Counted from the first letter of the stretch, positions 1 to 7,829 are shown. The stretch is DNA of 56,872 bases from a virus (IMGVR_UViG_3300045988_079972:1-56872), one strand, 5' to 3'. Numbers and translations are program-made. The notes: generated by a model not told the origin, from the letters alone.

Positions 1-55
1 AGATATTGAGATACAATTAAAGAATTTTTAGCACATACTACACGCCATGCCGATG
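1..55. repeat. Terminal direct repeat copy A (exact 55-bp overlap with 56818-56872); circular-contig overlap
   Basis: agatattgagatacaattaaagaatttttagcacatactacacgccatgccgatg occurs at both ends; it contains the 3' end of the integrase ORF. Confidence 0.95.
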
Positions 56-72
56 GCAGTATGTTAGTGCTA
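29..72. other. 44-bp imperfect palindrome starting at the integrase stop codon; candidate attP core (or int terminator)
   Basis: TAGCAC-ATACT-ACAC-GCCAT-GCCG-ATGGC-AGTAT-GTTA-GTGCTA; nested inverted repeats, no downstream T-run. Confidence 0.35.
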
Positions 73-111
73 ATACCGTATTTATCGTACTTTTACAACT
101 AAATAAAATCT

Positions 112-153
112 AACTGTCGCTTTTATGTCGTAAAACTGTCGTTTTTATGTCGT
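112..153 (+). repeat. Tandem 20-bp direct repeat (AACTGTCG[C/T]TTTTATGTCGT x2, 22-bp period)
   Basis: 112-131 and 134-153 differ at one base; located in the int-to-cargo intergenic region. Confidence 0.8.
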
Positions 154-324
154 GTTCAGCGGCTTTTTTTGTGTGAAAATAAAATTACAAAAGGAGAGTG
201 ATTGAATTGTATGACGAAGATTTAAGAGAGCGATTACTCTCACGGGAACAAATACAAAAATTAGACTTAGTAACTCAAACAATATTGTTTAGTGTTATTG
301 AGGATGTATTAGAGGAGAGAGAAC

Positions 325-846
325 ATGATAAACAATCCTTATCAACAGCAAATGACTTATACTCCGGGTTATAACGCATATCCATATAACCCGATGCAAA
401 GATTTCAGGAGCAGCAATTACCGCAACAGCCAGTTCAACAAATGCAGCAACAACAGAATTTACAAATACAAGCAGGGATAAATGGCAGAATGGTGGCAGC
501 AGTTGAACAAATTGCAGCTAATGATGTACCTATGGATGGCTCAGTTGCATTTTTCCCTAAACAGGACTTGACGGAAATTTATGCAAAACAATGGGGTGCA
601 GACGGCTCGATAAAAACAGTCGTGTATAAGCCTTATACAGAGCCTAAAAACAGTCAAGGCATAAATAATACAGAAAATATCGAAAACTTGAAAATTGACC
701 TATCAGACGAAAGCACAGCGGTATTTATGCAGAAGTTTGATGAGATTTTTAATAAATTTGACGAGTTAGAAAACAAAATGTGTAAAAGTGCTACTTCTCA
801 AAGGAAAACTTCGACTTTAAAAAAGGAGGGCGGTGTAAATGAATAA
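325..846 (+). CDS. Hypothetical Gln/Tyr/Asn/Pro-rich protein (low-complexity N-terminus, globular C-half)
   Basis: 173-aa ORF, RBS gaggagagagaacATG; N-terminus NPYQQQMTYTPGYNAYPYNP...QQPVQQMQQQQNLQ. Confidence 0.7.
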   Translation: MINNPYQQQMTYTPGYNAYPYNPMQRFQEQQLPQQPVQQMQQQQNLQIQAGINGRMVAAVEQIAANDVPMDGSVAFFPKQDLTEIYAKQWGADGSIKTVVYKPYTEPKNSQGINNTENIENLKIDLSDESTAVFMQKFDEIFNKFDELENKMCKSATSQRKTSTLKKEGGVNE

Positions 847-1069
847 TCAGATTATGCAGATGTTAAATCAGATTAAAAATATAAAAAATCCAAAAGAAGC
901 CGCTATGAAAACATTAGAGCAAGCGGCAAATCAAGGAAATCCAATGGCAAAAAATATGTTGCAGAAAATAAACAGTGGCGACATGAATGGAGCACAGCAA
1001 ATTCTTGGTAATTTTATGAATGAACAGGGATTGAATATACAGGAAATTCAAAAACAAATTCAAAAATAG
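839..1069 (+). CDS. Hypothetical small Gln/Asn-rich helical protein
   Basis: 76-aa ORF; its start overlaps the upstream stop codon (translational coupling). Confidence 0.6.
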   Translation: MNNQIMQMLNQIKNIKNPKEAAMKTLEQAANQGNPMAKNMLQKINSGDMNGAQQILGNFMNEQGLNIQEIQKQIQK

Positions 1070-1145
1070 TACATATTAGGGTTTTGTCCGGACAATAAAA
1101 ACCAGTTCCCTATTTTGTAAATAAATCAAATGGAGGTAAACTAAT

Positions 1146-1925
1146 ATGTTTAACAACGGAGTTAGCCTTGCCGATATTGCGGCAGTAACAGGCAATAACA
1201 GAAACAATGACGGTATGTGGGGAGACGGTGCATGGTGGATTGTCATTCTTCTTATTTTCGGCTGGGGTGGTTTTGGTAACAACGGCTGGGGTAACGGTAA
1301 TGGAATGGGTTCTACTGCCGCCGCTTATACAGACAGTGCTATTCAGCGTGGATTTGATAATCAGGCTGTTGTTTCAAAACTTGATGGCATTTCTAACGGA
1401 CTTTGTGACGGTTTCTATGCTATGAACAACAGTATGCTTACTGGCTTTAATGGCATAAATACAAACATTATGCAGACAGGCTACGGCATCCAACAGGCTA
1501 TTAACGCTGATACAGTCGCTAATATGCAGAATACAAACGCTTTGCAGTCACAGATTGCTAACTGCTGCTGCGAGACGAGAGAAGCCATCCAAGGTGTAAA
1601 CTACAACATGGCTACTAACACTTGTGCTTTGCAGAACACCATGAACAACAACACGAGAGACATTATTGATAGCCAGCAGGCAGGAACGAGAGCCATCCTT
1701 GATTTCCTGACTAATGACAAGATTGCAACATTACAGGCAGAGAATAACGATTTGAGAAGAGCTGCTTCACAGGATAGACAGAACGCACTTCTGACTTCTG
1801 CCATGAGTGCACAGACACAGCAGATTGTCAACTCTGTAAATCCTACAGCTATCCCAGCCTATGTTGTGCCTAATCCTAATGCTTATGCTTATGGATGTGG
1901 TTGCAATACAGGATGTGGCTGCTAA
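1146..1925 (+). CDS. Hypothetical membrane-anchored Gly/Asn-rich protein with Cys-rich C-terminus
   Basis: 259 aa, RBS ggaggtaaactaatATG; hydrophobic WWIVILLIFGWGGFG segment, GNNGWGNGNG tract, internal CCC, C-terminal YGCGCNTGCGC. Confidence 0.7.
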   Translation: MFNNGVSLADIAAVTGNNRNNDGMWGDGAWWIVILLIFGWGGFGNNGWGNGNGMGSTAAAYTDSAIQRGFDNQAVVSKLDGISNGLCDGFYAMNNSMLTGFNGINTNIMQTGYGIQQAINADTVANMQNTNALQSQIANCCCETREAIQGVNYNMATNTCALQNTMNNNTRDIIDSQQAGTRAILDFLTNDKIATLQAENNDLRRAASQDRQNALLTSAMSAQTQQIVNSVNPTAIPAYVVPNPNAYAYGCGCNTGCGC

Positions 1926-2012
1926 AAGTAGCAGCTACGCAAAAATGAATAATTGAGTATCTTAATTGAGTTTAACTCGATTATGTCTGCTAAGCAGTAT
2001 TACTTATAATCA

Positions 2013-2045
2013 AAGGGCAGGCTATAATGTTTGCCCTTATTTTTA
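2013..2045 (+). terminator. Hairpin plus T-run between cargo genes 3 and 4
   Basis: AAGGGCA(2013-2019)/TGCCCTT(2032-2038) followed by atttttat. Confidence 0.5.
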
Positions 2046-2064
2046 TGAAAGAGAGGTAAATAAA

Positions 2065-2493
2065 ATGGCTGAATTTAGTAATGTAGCCGTACAGAATGTA
2101 GCTACAAACGGAAATGTATTATTTGCAGATACACCGACTTCAACTTGCAATAAAGGATGTATCACTCACCGCACAGGAAGTGGCTTAATCAATGTTAAGG
2201 GTGCGACAAATAATTGCCGTGCAAAGTACAGAGTAGAATTTAACGGAAATATTGCAGTTCCTGATGGTGGTACGGCAGGGGCTATATCACTTGCGATTGC
2301 AATAGAGGGTGAACCGGATTTATCGACACTGGCAATTTCTACACCGACAGCGGTTGAAGCATTTAACAATGTTTCTACGGCTACGGATGTATGGCTTTCT
2401 TGCGGATGCTGTCAGGCAATTTCTGTAAAGAACACATCTACACAGGAAATTAGTGTAGCAAATGCCAATATTACAGTTAATCGTGTTGGCTAG
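2065..2493 (+). CDS. C1q/TNF-like (BclA C-terminal-domain-like) beta-sandwich protein, putative
   Basis: Start refined to ATG 2065 (RBS gagaggtaaataaaATG). Alternating beta pattern NGNVLFAD...ITHRTGSGLINVKG...YRVEFNGNIAVP...AISLAIAIEGEP...ISVKNTS...ANANITVNRVG resembles exosporium BclA-C / C1q domains. Recognised by eye only. Confidence 0.45.
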   Translation: MAEFSNVAVQNVATNGNVLFADTPTSTCNKGCITHRTGSGLINVKGATNNCRAKYRVEFNGNIAVPDGGTAGAISLAIAIEGEPDLSTLAISTPTAVEAFNNVSTATDVWLSCGCCQAISVKNTSTQEISVANANITVNRVG

Positions 2494-2644
2494 GCTTGCT
2501 TGAAATGTATGCAAGAAGCGCATTGTCAACAATTTTGCTGATTGGTATTAGAGTTTGCTTGGAGTATTCTTTCAATTTCTTTTCAACCTCTTTGTTAAGA
2601 GTTGTCGAGAAACGGACGCGATTCTTCAGTTCATTTTTTGGCAT
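2477..2644 (-). CDS. Ribbon-helix-helix (CopG/Arc-like) DNA-binding protein
   Basis: Start refined to Met14 (RBS aaggtgg); RVRFSTTLNKEVEKKLKEYSKQTLIPISKIVDNALLAYI fits a beta-strand plus two helices; convergent 17-nt overlap with 2065-2493. Confidence 0.65.
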   Translation of the reverse strand: MPKNELKNRVRFSTTLNKEVEKKLKEYSKQTLIPISKIVDNALLAYISSKPSQHD

Positions 2645-2663
2645 ATTTGTACCACCTTTCATA

Positions 2664-2740
2664 AATTTAATTAAGTTTAACACATTTTTTTATTGAAAAC
2701 AAGAAAATAATTTGATATAATTTAATTAAAGTTAATTAAG
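2664..2740 (+). promoter_or_regulatory. Rightward sigma-A-type promoter with two copies of an AT-rich operator-like box
   Basis: TTGAAA(2693-2698), 17 nt, TGaTATAAT(-10 at 2716-2721); AATTTAATTAAGTTTAA at 2664-2680 and AATTTAATTAAAGTTAA at 2719-2735. Confidence 0.55.
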
Positions 2741-2752
2741 TGAGGTGCGAAA

Positions 2753-3406
2753 ATGGCTAGAAACAGTTTGTACAATGACTTGACAGGTATGAAATTTGGT
2801 GCACTAAAAGTATTAAAAAGGCACGAAGGGAAAACCGATATTTCAAAATCTTGTTACTGGATTTGTCAATGCGATTGTGGAAATATTGTAAGCAGAAGGA
2901 CATCGACATTAAAAAGGGCAAGTAAAGGCTCAATCCCTAATTGTGGTTGCTTAAATGCAAAAAGACTAAGGAAGTGTTCCTTATCAATGAAAAAACACGG
3001 CATGTCTAAAACAAGAATTTTTGGAATTTGGGAGAATATGCGCGACAGATGCAATAATCCTAATTCAAAGCTGTATTATTTGTATGGCGAGCGTGGAATT
3101 AAAGTTTGTGAGGAATGGTCAAATGATTTTTTGACTTTTTACAATTGGTCTATCAAGAACGGGTATAGGCAAGGATTATCCATTGACCGAATAGATGTAA
3201 ATGGAAACTATGAACCTAACAATTGTAGGTGGGCTACTGCAAAACAACAAATAAGAAACAGAAGAAATACGGTTTATGTCAATATAGGCGGCGTGAAAAA
3301 AACTTTAGGTGAACTTTCAGAAGAATATAACATTAAATACAACACCCTTTATGATAGGTATAGAAGACATAAAGGAGCATCGGATTTTAGCGATATAATT
3401 AAATAG
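2753..3406 (+). CDS. Zn-ribbon-repeat protein with degenerate HNH/NUMOD-like C-terminal DNA-binding module
   Basis: 217 aa; YWICQCDCGN...CGC repeats, then SIDRIDVNGNYEPNNCRWATAKQQIRNRR; N-terminus paralogous to 4934-5575. Confidence 0.55.
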   Translation: MARNSLYNDLTGMKFGALKVLKRHEGKTDISKSCYWICQCDCGNIVSRRTSTLKRASKGSIPNCGCLNAKRLRKCSLSMKKHGMSKTRIFGIWENMRDRCNNPNSKLYYLYGERGIKVCEEWSNDFLTFYNWSIKNGYRQGLSIDRIDVNGNYEPNNCRWATAKQQIRNRRNTVYVNIGGVKKTLGELSEEYNIKYNTLYDRYRRHKGASDFSDIIK

Positions 3407-3419
3407 GAGGCTTGATGAT

Positions 3420-4073
3420 ATGCACAAATGGGCTAAACAGATAATGGAATGCGTCAAGGCTAAGGTTGACGGAATTGGAATTGACAATTTTGAGGGGCAG
3501 AACCTTGACGATTTAAAGGATTTTACAGAAATAGCGAAGAATATAGCTTGCTTTGACAAGGATTACAGAATTGTTGAAGCTATGGAAAAGTCAGAAGATA
3601 ATGAGGATATTATGCGTATGCTTGAACAGTACGAAAATTATCCGGACAGAAGATACTATGACGCTTACCGCTATGCAAACGGCAGATTCGCCCCTAAAGG
3701 TCGTGGAACACGCAGAGGATATGAAGAACCGCCATATTATCATATGTACCCAGAAGCAGAGCATATGAGGGACATGGATAGGGATGATAGAGGAAAGATG
3801 TATTACAGCGAACCTGCAAGCAATGTGAGTGGTAGCAATAATATGTCAAGAAACTACTCTGAAAGCAACTATGACAGGGCAAAGCGTAACTATACAGAAA
3901 CAAAAGAGTTACACAAAGGGAACACTCAGGAAGATAAAGAGCATAAGATGAAATCCCTCGACGGATACATGAAAGAGTTGTCAACAGACATTACACACTT
4001 GCTCGGTGACATGACAGCAGAGGAAAAAAATCTTTTAAGAACAAAACTTAGTACACTTGTTTCTAAGATTTGA
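3420..4073 (+). CDS. Hypothetical Tyr/Arg/Asp/Asn-rich protein
   Basis: 217 aa; RRYYDAYRYANGRFAPKGRGTRRGYEEPPYYHMYPE...DRDDRGKMYY...SNVSGSNNMSRNYSESNY; no recognisable domain. Confidence 0.65.
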   Translation: MHKWAKQIMECVKAKVDGIGIDNFEGQNLDDLKDFTEIAKNIACFDKDYRIVEAMEKSEDNEDIMRMLEQYENYPDRRYYDAYRYANGRFAPKGRGTRRGYEEPPYYHMYPEAEHMRDMDRDDRGKMYYSEPASNVSGSNNMSRNYSESNYDRAKRNYTETKELHKGNTQEDKEHKMKSLDGYMKELSTDITHLLGDMTAEEKNLLRTKLSTLVSKI

Positions 4074-4097
4074 GAATAATATTTTCCGACAATCTAG

Positions 4098-4130
4098 GGC
4101 TATAGATAGCAATATCTGTAGCCTGTTTTT
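4098..4130 (+). terminator. Rho-independent terminator
   Basis: 11-bp stem GGCTATAGATA/TATCTGTAGCC (one G-U pair), GCAA loop, then tgttttt. Confidence 0.8.
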
Positions 4131-4163
4131 AAATAATAAAATCAATGTTTGTGAGGTGATTTT

Positions 4164-4484
4164 ATGTTTATAATAAATAATATAACGTGGCAAATTGTAT
4201 TTGTGCCAAGTGACAGTAATAAACTTATGCGTTCTGACGGTTCTATTAGCCTTGCTGTGACCGATTTTAACGACAAGGCAGTATATGTATCAGATAATGC
4301 AAAAAACGGCTATTTACGCAAAATAATGGCTCATGAATTATGTCATTGTTTTTGTTTCAGTTACAACATATATATGCCTATTCAGCAAGAGGAATATTTA
4401 GCAGACTGGATAAGCCTGTATGGGGCAGATTTGATATATTTACTTGACGATTTGATGATTACTTTAACAAGGAGTGTGGCATGA
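4164..4484 (+). CDS. Small HExxH zinc-metallopeptidase-like protein (ImmA/IrrE- or SprT-like, tentative)
   Basis: 106 aa, RBS gtgaggtgattttATG; motif MAHELCHCF. Confidence 0.5.
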   Translation: MFIINNITWQIVFVPSDSNKLMRSDGSISLAVTDFNDKAVYVSDNAKNGYLRKIMAHELCHCFCFSYNIYMPIQQEEYLADWISLYGADLIYLLDDLMITLTRSVA

Positions 4485-4651
4485 TGGACAATTTATTAAA
4501 GCAGATTCAAAAGACAAATCCTGATATGACAGTCGAAAAACTTATCTCTGAGATACAATATAATGACTATTTGACAGTGGCACTTATTATAAGCAAAGGA
4601 GTTGTAGAAAATGCAGAAAAATGTTACAATAGCAAACAAAAAAGGAGTTGA
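4481..4651 (+). CDS. Hypothetical small protein (56 aa)
   Basis: ATG overlaps the upstream TGA (ATGA coupling); below the ORF-track length cutoff; translated by hand. Confidence 0.4.
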   Translation: MMDNLLKQIQKTNPDMTVEKLISEIQYNDYLTVALIISKGVVENAEKCYNSKQKRS

Positions 4652-4657
4652 AAGATT

Positions 4658-4915
4658 ATGGCAGTAAAAAATGCTGATGGTGTACCTATTTCTTTTGAGT
4701 GCATGGATTTAATTAGAGAACTTGAAAGAGATATACAAGAGTTTGGTGAAGACAAGTTAATGGACGCAATAGTTGTGCATCAATGTGGGGTAGAGATTTG
4801 CAAAGATTATGACTTTTATCCGCTAGAGATGGAATTAAAAAAAGGTGAGCGAACAATAACAATGACTGCATCTGCATTGCTGGAAGTATTTAAAAAACAA
4901 AATTTAATGTTGTAA
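4658..4915 (+). CDS. Hypothetical protein
   Basis: 85 aa, RBS aaaaggagttgaaagattATG. Confidence 0.6.
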   Translation: MAVKNADGVPISFECMDLIRELERDIQEFGEDKLMDAIVVHQCGVEICKDYDFYPLEMELKKGERTITMTASALLEVFKKQNLML

Positions 4916-4933
4916 TTTCTAAAAAGGTGAATT

Positions 4934-5575
4934 ATGAAAAATATAGACGATATGATTGGGAAAAAATTCGGAAAATGGAGCGTTTTATCTCTTTCTGACA
5001 AAAAAGATGTAAGTAATAACAGATATTATAATTGTAGATGTGAATGTGGGAATACAGGTGTTGTAGCAGGTTGTAAGTTACGCAGTGGGAGGAGCAAGTC
5101 TTGCGGTTGTAATAGAACTCTTGATATGACAGGGGAGAAGATAGGAAATTTAACTTTTATAAAGCCAGTAGGGATGGAACAGGGACGGTATATTTGGGAA
5201 TGTCAATGTGATTGTGGGAATATCATCCGAAAAACAATATCAGATGCAAAAAACATTAAATCTTGCGGTTGCGTGCAGAAAAAATCAGCACAAAAAAGCA
5301 TAAAAGAAAATTCGAAAAGACTAACAAGAGTAGACAACACCTGTCTAAATAGTTTAACTCAAAAAACATCTAAAAATAACACTTCTGGAATCAAAGGCGT
5401 AAGTTGGAATTCTAAAAGAAAAAAATGGATTGCTCAGATAACATTTAAAGGGAAAAATTACGGTTTAGGGAGCTACTCAACTAAAGAAGAAGCGATACGA
5501 GCAAGAAAAGAAGCAGAAGAAAAATTGTTTAAACCAATTTTAGAAAAATATAATTATGAAAAGAAAGACGAGTAG
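4934..5575 (+). CDS. Zn-ribbon-repeat protein with C-terminal AP2 DNA-binding domain
   Basis: 213 aa; two CxCxCGN...CGC units; NTSGIKGVSWNSKRKKWIAQITFKGKNYGLGSYSTKEEAIRARKEAE matches the AP2/ERF-integrase fold signature. Confidence 0.65.
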   Translation: MKNIDDMIGKKFGKWSVLSLSDKKDVSNNRYYNCRCECGNTGVVAGCKLRSGRSKSCGCNRTLDMTGEKIGNLTFIKPVGMEQGRYIWECQCDCGNIIRKTISDAKNIKSCGCVQKKSAQKSIKENSKRLTRVDNTCLNSLTQKTSKNNTSGIKGVSWNSKRKKWIAQITFKGKNYGLGSYSTKEEAIRARKEAEEKLFKPILEKYNYEKKDE

Positions 5576-5618
5576 CGTGTTAGAATAAGTGCTTAGAAAA
5601 TATATCAAATAAATCATA

Positions 5619-5647
5619 TTGCAATCTTGTGAAAAGTTTGATATAAT
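5619..5647 (+). promoter_or_regulatory. Near-consensus extended -10 promoter for the DUF4417 gene
   Basis: TTGCAA(5619-5624), 17 nt, TGaTATAAT(-10 at 5642-5647). Confidence 0.6.
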
Positions 5648-5754
5648 ATACTTTATAAAGTAACATTTATTTTAATGTCTTGTTTATTTTGCACAATACA
5701 TAAATGACAGTATGCAAGTGCGGATGTGCAAATTGCTGAAAGTGAGGTGGCAAC

Positions 5755-6420
5755 ATGAGCAGTCCCGAAAATGATTTTATAATTGTAAACACGAAAGAAG
5801 ATGTATTGCGTGAAAGATACATTGCAGGAGCAGAGTTAGTCGGGAAATATGATTTCCCAAAGCTGCAATCAATTCGGGCAAATTTAGAAGATGTTGAGCC
5901 GGTACCATTTAATCTTGCAAGTAAAGAAAAGCATCCGAAAAATTGTGTTTGCCATTTTTTTATAGATGATGTACGGTTTGAGCGACTTTGGAACAATCCA
6001 AGTAAATACATGGATATACTGAAAAACTTTAAGTATGTATGCAGTCCCGACTTTACTTTCTATGATGATATGCCCCTTGCTTTGCAAATATGGCAGATAT
6101 ACAGAAGTCGGGCATTAAGCTATTGTTTAAACCGAGCCGGTTTGAAGATTATCCCGGCTGTAGGCTGGGGAAGTGAAGAAACATACGACTATTGCTTTGA
6201 TGGTTTACCAATACACTCCACGCTTGCGGTATCGACAAACGGATGCTTTTCAGCAGAGGGGAAAGAATGTTATAGAAAAGGATTTAAAGAAATGTGCAGG
6301 CGATTGGAACCGAAGCAAGTTGTTGTTTTTGGTTCTCAAATTGATGTTGATATAGATGTAGATATTGTTTATAAATCGAGCTACTGGCAACAAATGAGCG
6401 AACGGCTAAAAAAGAGGTGA
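5755..6420 (+). CDS. DUF4417-family protein
   Basis: 221 aa; CHFFIDDVRFERLWNNP...VCSPDFTFYDDMPLALQIWQIYRSRALSYCLNRAGLKIIPAVGW matches my recollection of the DUF4417 signature. Confidence 0.6.
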   Translation: MSSPENDFIIVNTKEDVLRERYIAGAELVGKYDFPKLQSIRANLEDVEPVPFNLASKEKHPKNCVCHFFIDDVRFERLWNNPSKYMDILKNFKYVCSPDFTFYDDMPLALQIWQIYRSRALSYCLNRAGLKIIPAVGWGSEETYDYCFDGLPIHSTLAVSTNGCFSAEGKECYRKGFKEMCRRLEPKQVVVFGSQIDVDIDVDIVYKSSYWQQMSERLKKR

Positions 6421-6424
6421 TTTG

Positions 6425-6571
6425 ATGGGTAGCAGGAGTGGACACAAAAAAGGCGGATATATTTATACGCCTGGCTTAAAAAAGATTGTATATATAGAAA
6501 ATAGAGGCGGCATCAAGATTATAAAAACTCGTTATAAATTCTTAAAACAACGGCGGTCAAAGAACAAATAG
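6425..6571 (+). CDS. Hypothetical very basic miniprotein (48 aa)
   Basis: ATG 4 nt after the DUF4417 stop; MGSRSGHKKGGYIYTPGLKK...KQRRSKNK; hand-translated. Confidence 0.3.
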   Translation: MGSRSGHKKGGYIYTPGLKKIVYIENRGGIKIIKTRYKFLKQRRSKNK

Positions 6572-6670
6572 CAACTATACAGCGGTTATTATATATATGG
6601 ATAGAAAAAACAAGGCTAAGAAGAAAAATGGCTATATAAAGCCGTAGCAAAGAGATAAAGAGACACGAAA

Positions 6671-6698
6671 AAAGAGACTTTTTACAGTCTCTTTTTTT
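6671..6698. terminator. Terminator between converging transcription units
   Basis: AAAGAGACT/AGTCTCTTT stem flanked by an A-run and a T-run. Confidence 0.75.
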
Positions 6699-6788
6699 CC
6701 AAAATGTATCTATTAAATTTGTTAATAGTTAAATATAAATTATTATTTACATCCCAAAATTGTTTCTATTAAATATATAGTATTACTT

Positions 6789-7004
6789 TTACTTTTTAAG
6801 CAAGTTTTGAATGTCAATTAAGATTTTTGACATAATAACTTGCTTTTCGCTGTCGTGCATTTCATCGTCAAGAATTCCTGCACTTTCTGAACTTGCGTCA
6901 ATATTCAACGCTGTACAGATACGAATATACGCATCTGCAAATTTTACGCTATCATGCTGTTCTTTTGCATTCAACATTTTTAAATATAATTCCTTATATT
7001 TCAT
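6789..7004 (-). CDS. Hypothetical small protein (leftward operon, gene 7)
   Basis: 71 aa, RBS aaaaggaggtgagag. Confidence 0.6.
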   Translation of the reverse strand: MKYKELYLKMLNAKEQHDSVKFADAYIRICTALNIDASSESAGILDDEMHDSEKQVIMSKILIDIQNLLKK

Positions 7005-7037
7005 GCTCTCACCTCCTTTTTTATTATATGTTATTTG

Positions 7038-7247
7038 CTAAAATTCAGCAATTAAATTTTCACTGAATTTTTCGGCTTCTTCTTTGCCCTCGCGAATAGT
7101 GTTTACAGAACATACACGAACCCACGCATTATATGCTCTATTAAAATATAGTAAATCATATTTCATATTAAATCTGTTTATTTCCAAACCGCCTGTAAAA
7201 CGATTTACAATGTTGAATTTTTCGCCATTTTTTCTAAATATTCTCAT
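7038..7247 (-). CDS. Hypothetical small protein (leftward operon, gene 6)
   Basis: 69 aa, RBS ttaaggaggtaaattgtt. Confidence 0.6.
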   Translation of the reverse strand: MRIFRKNGEKFNIVNRFTGGLEINRFNMKYDLLYFNRAYNAWVRVCSVNTIREGKEEAEKFSENLIAEF

Positions 7248-7265
7248 AACAATTTACCTCCTTAA

Positions 7266-7433
7266 TCACCAAAAAATCACTTTGCCGTCTTTATTCTTAT
7301 AATGCCACCATTTGCCCGATTGATACATTATACAAGTGTTACCGTTTTCGTCAATCCATGCTTTTTTGATTTCACCATGTTCCCAAGTGCCAAACTGGGA
7401 ACGATGGAAGTTGTAAAAATGCTTTGCTGTCAT
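7266..7433 (-). CDS. Hypothetical small Trp-rich protein (leftward operon, gene 5)
   Basis: 55 aa, hand-translated (MTAKHFYNFHRSQFGTWEHGEIKKAWIDENGNTCIMYQSGKWWHYKNKDGKVIFW); RBS aaaaagggggc. Confidence 0.5.
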   Translation of the reverse strand: MTAKHFYNFHRSQFGTWEHGEIKKAWIDENGNTCIMYQSGKWWHYKNKDGKVIFW

Positions 7434-7448
7434 ATTCAAGCCCCCTTT

Positions 7449-7829
7449 TTATGAATAAATCAAGTTGTAAGCATCTAAATATTCTGAATGTTTTTTGACA
7501 AATTCAATTTGTGCTTTTTGTGCTTCGTCTGAATTTTTGCCTGAATGCAAAATTTCATAAAACAAATTGACAAGCTCCATTTTTTGAGAGTTTACAATTT
7601 TGCATTTTTCACGCTCTTTTTTATCAAAAAGCATGAAGACCCAGGAATAAGCATTCCGCTCGCAGTCTATTCTGTGATTTTTGCAAAACTTTTCAATAAC
7701 AGGAGTGAATGCGATATATTCACTCTGGTTGTCGAACTTTATGTAGCAGCCGACGCCACCAACTGTATTTTTGAAAGTTTCGTATTTTAAATTATATTTT
7801 TTGCAAAAAACAATAATTTTATTTACCAT
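7449..7829 (-). CDS. Hypothetical protein (leftward operon, gene 4)
   Basis: 126 aa, RBS attaggagggcaaaaag. Confidence 0.65.
   Translation of the reverse strand: MVNKIIVFCKKYNLKYETFKNTVGGVGCYIKFDNQSEYIAFTPVIEKFCKNHRIDCERNAYSWVFMLFDKKEREKCKIVNSQKMELVNLFYEILHSGKNSDEAQKAQIEFVKKHSEYLDAYNLIYS

Noticed and set aside
1-55. The 55-bp terminal repeat as a biological cos site or direct terminal repeat
   Set aside because: Its position cutting through the int 3' end and the candidate attP palindrome points to an assembly overlap. This cannot be settled without reads.
198-374. A possible 55-58-aa ORF (GTG 198 or TTG 207) upstream of and overlapping gene 325-846
   Set aside because: It has a non-ATG start with awkward RBS spacing, overlaps the next gene by about 50 nt, and has no recognisable features.
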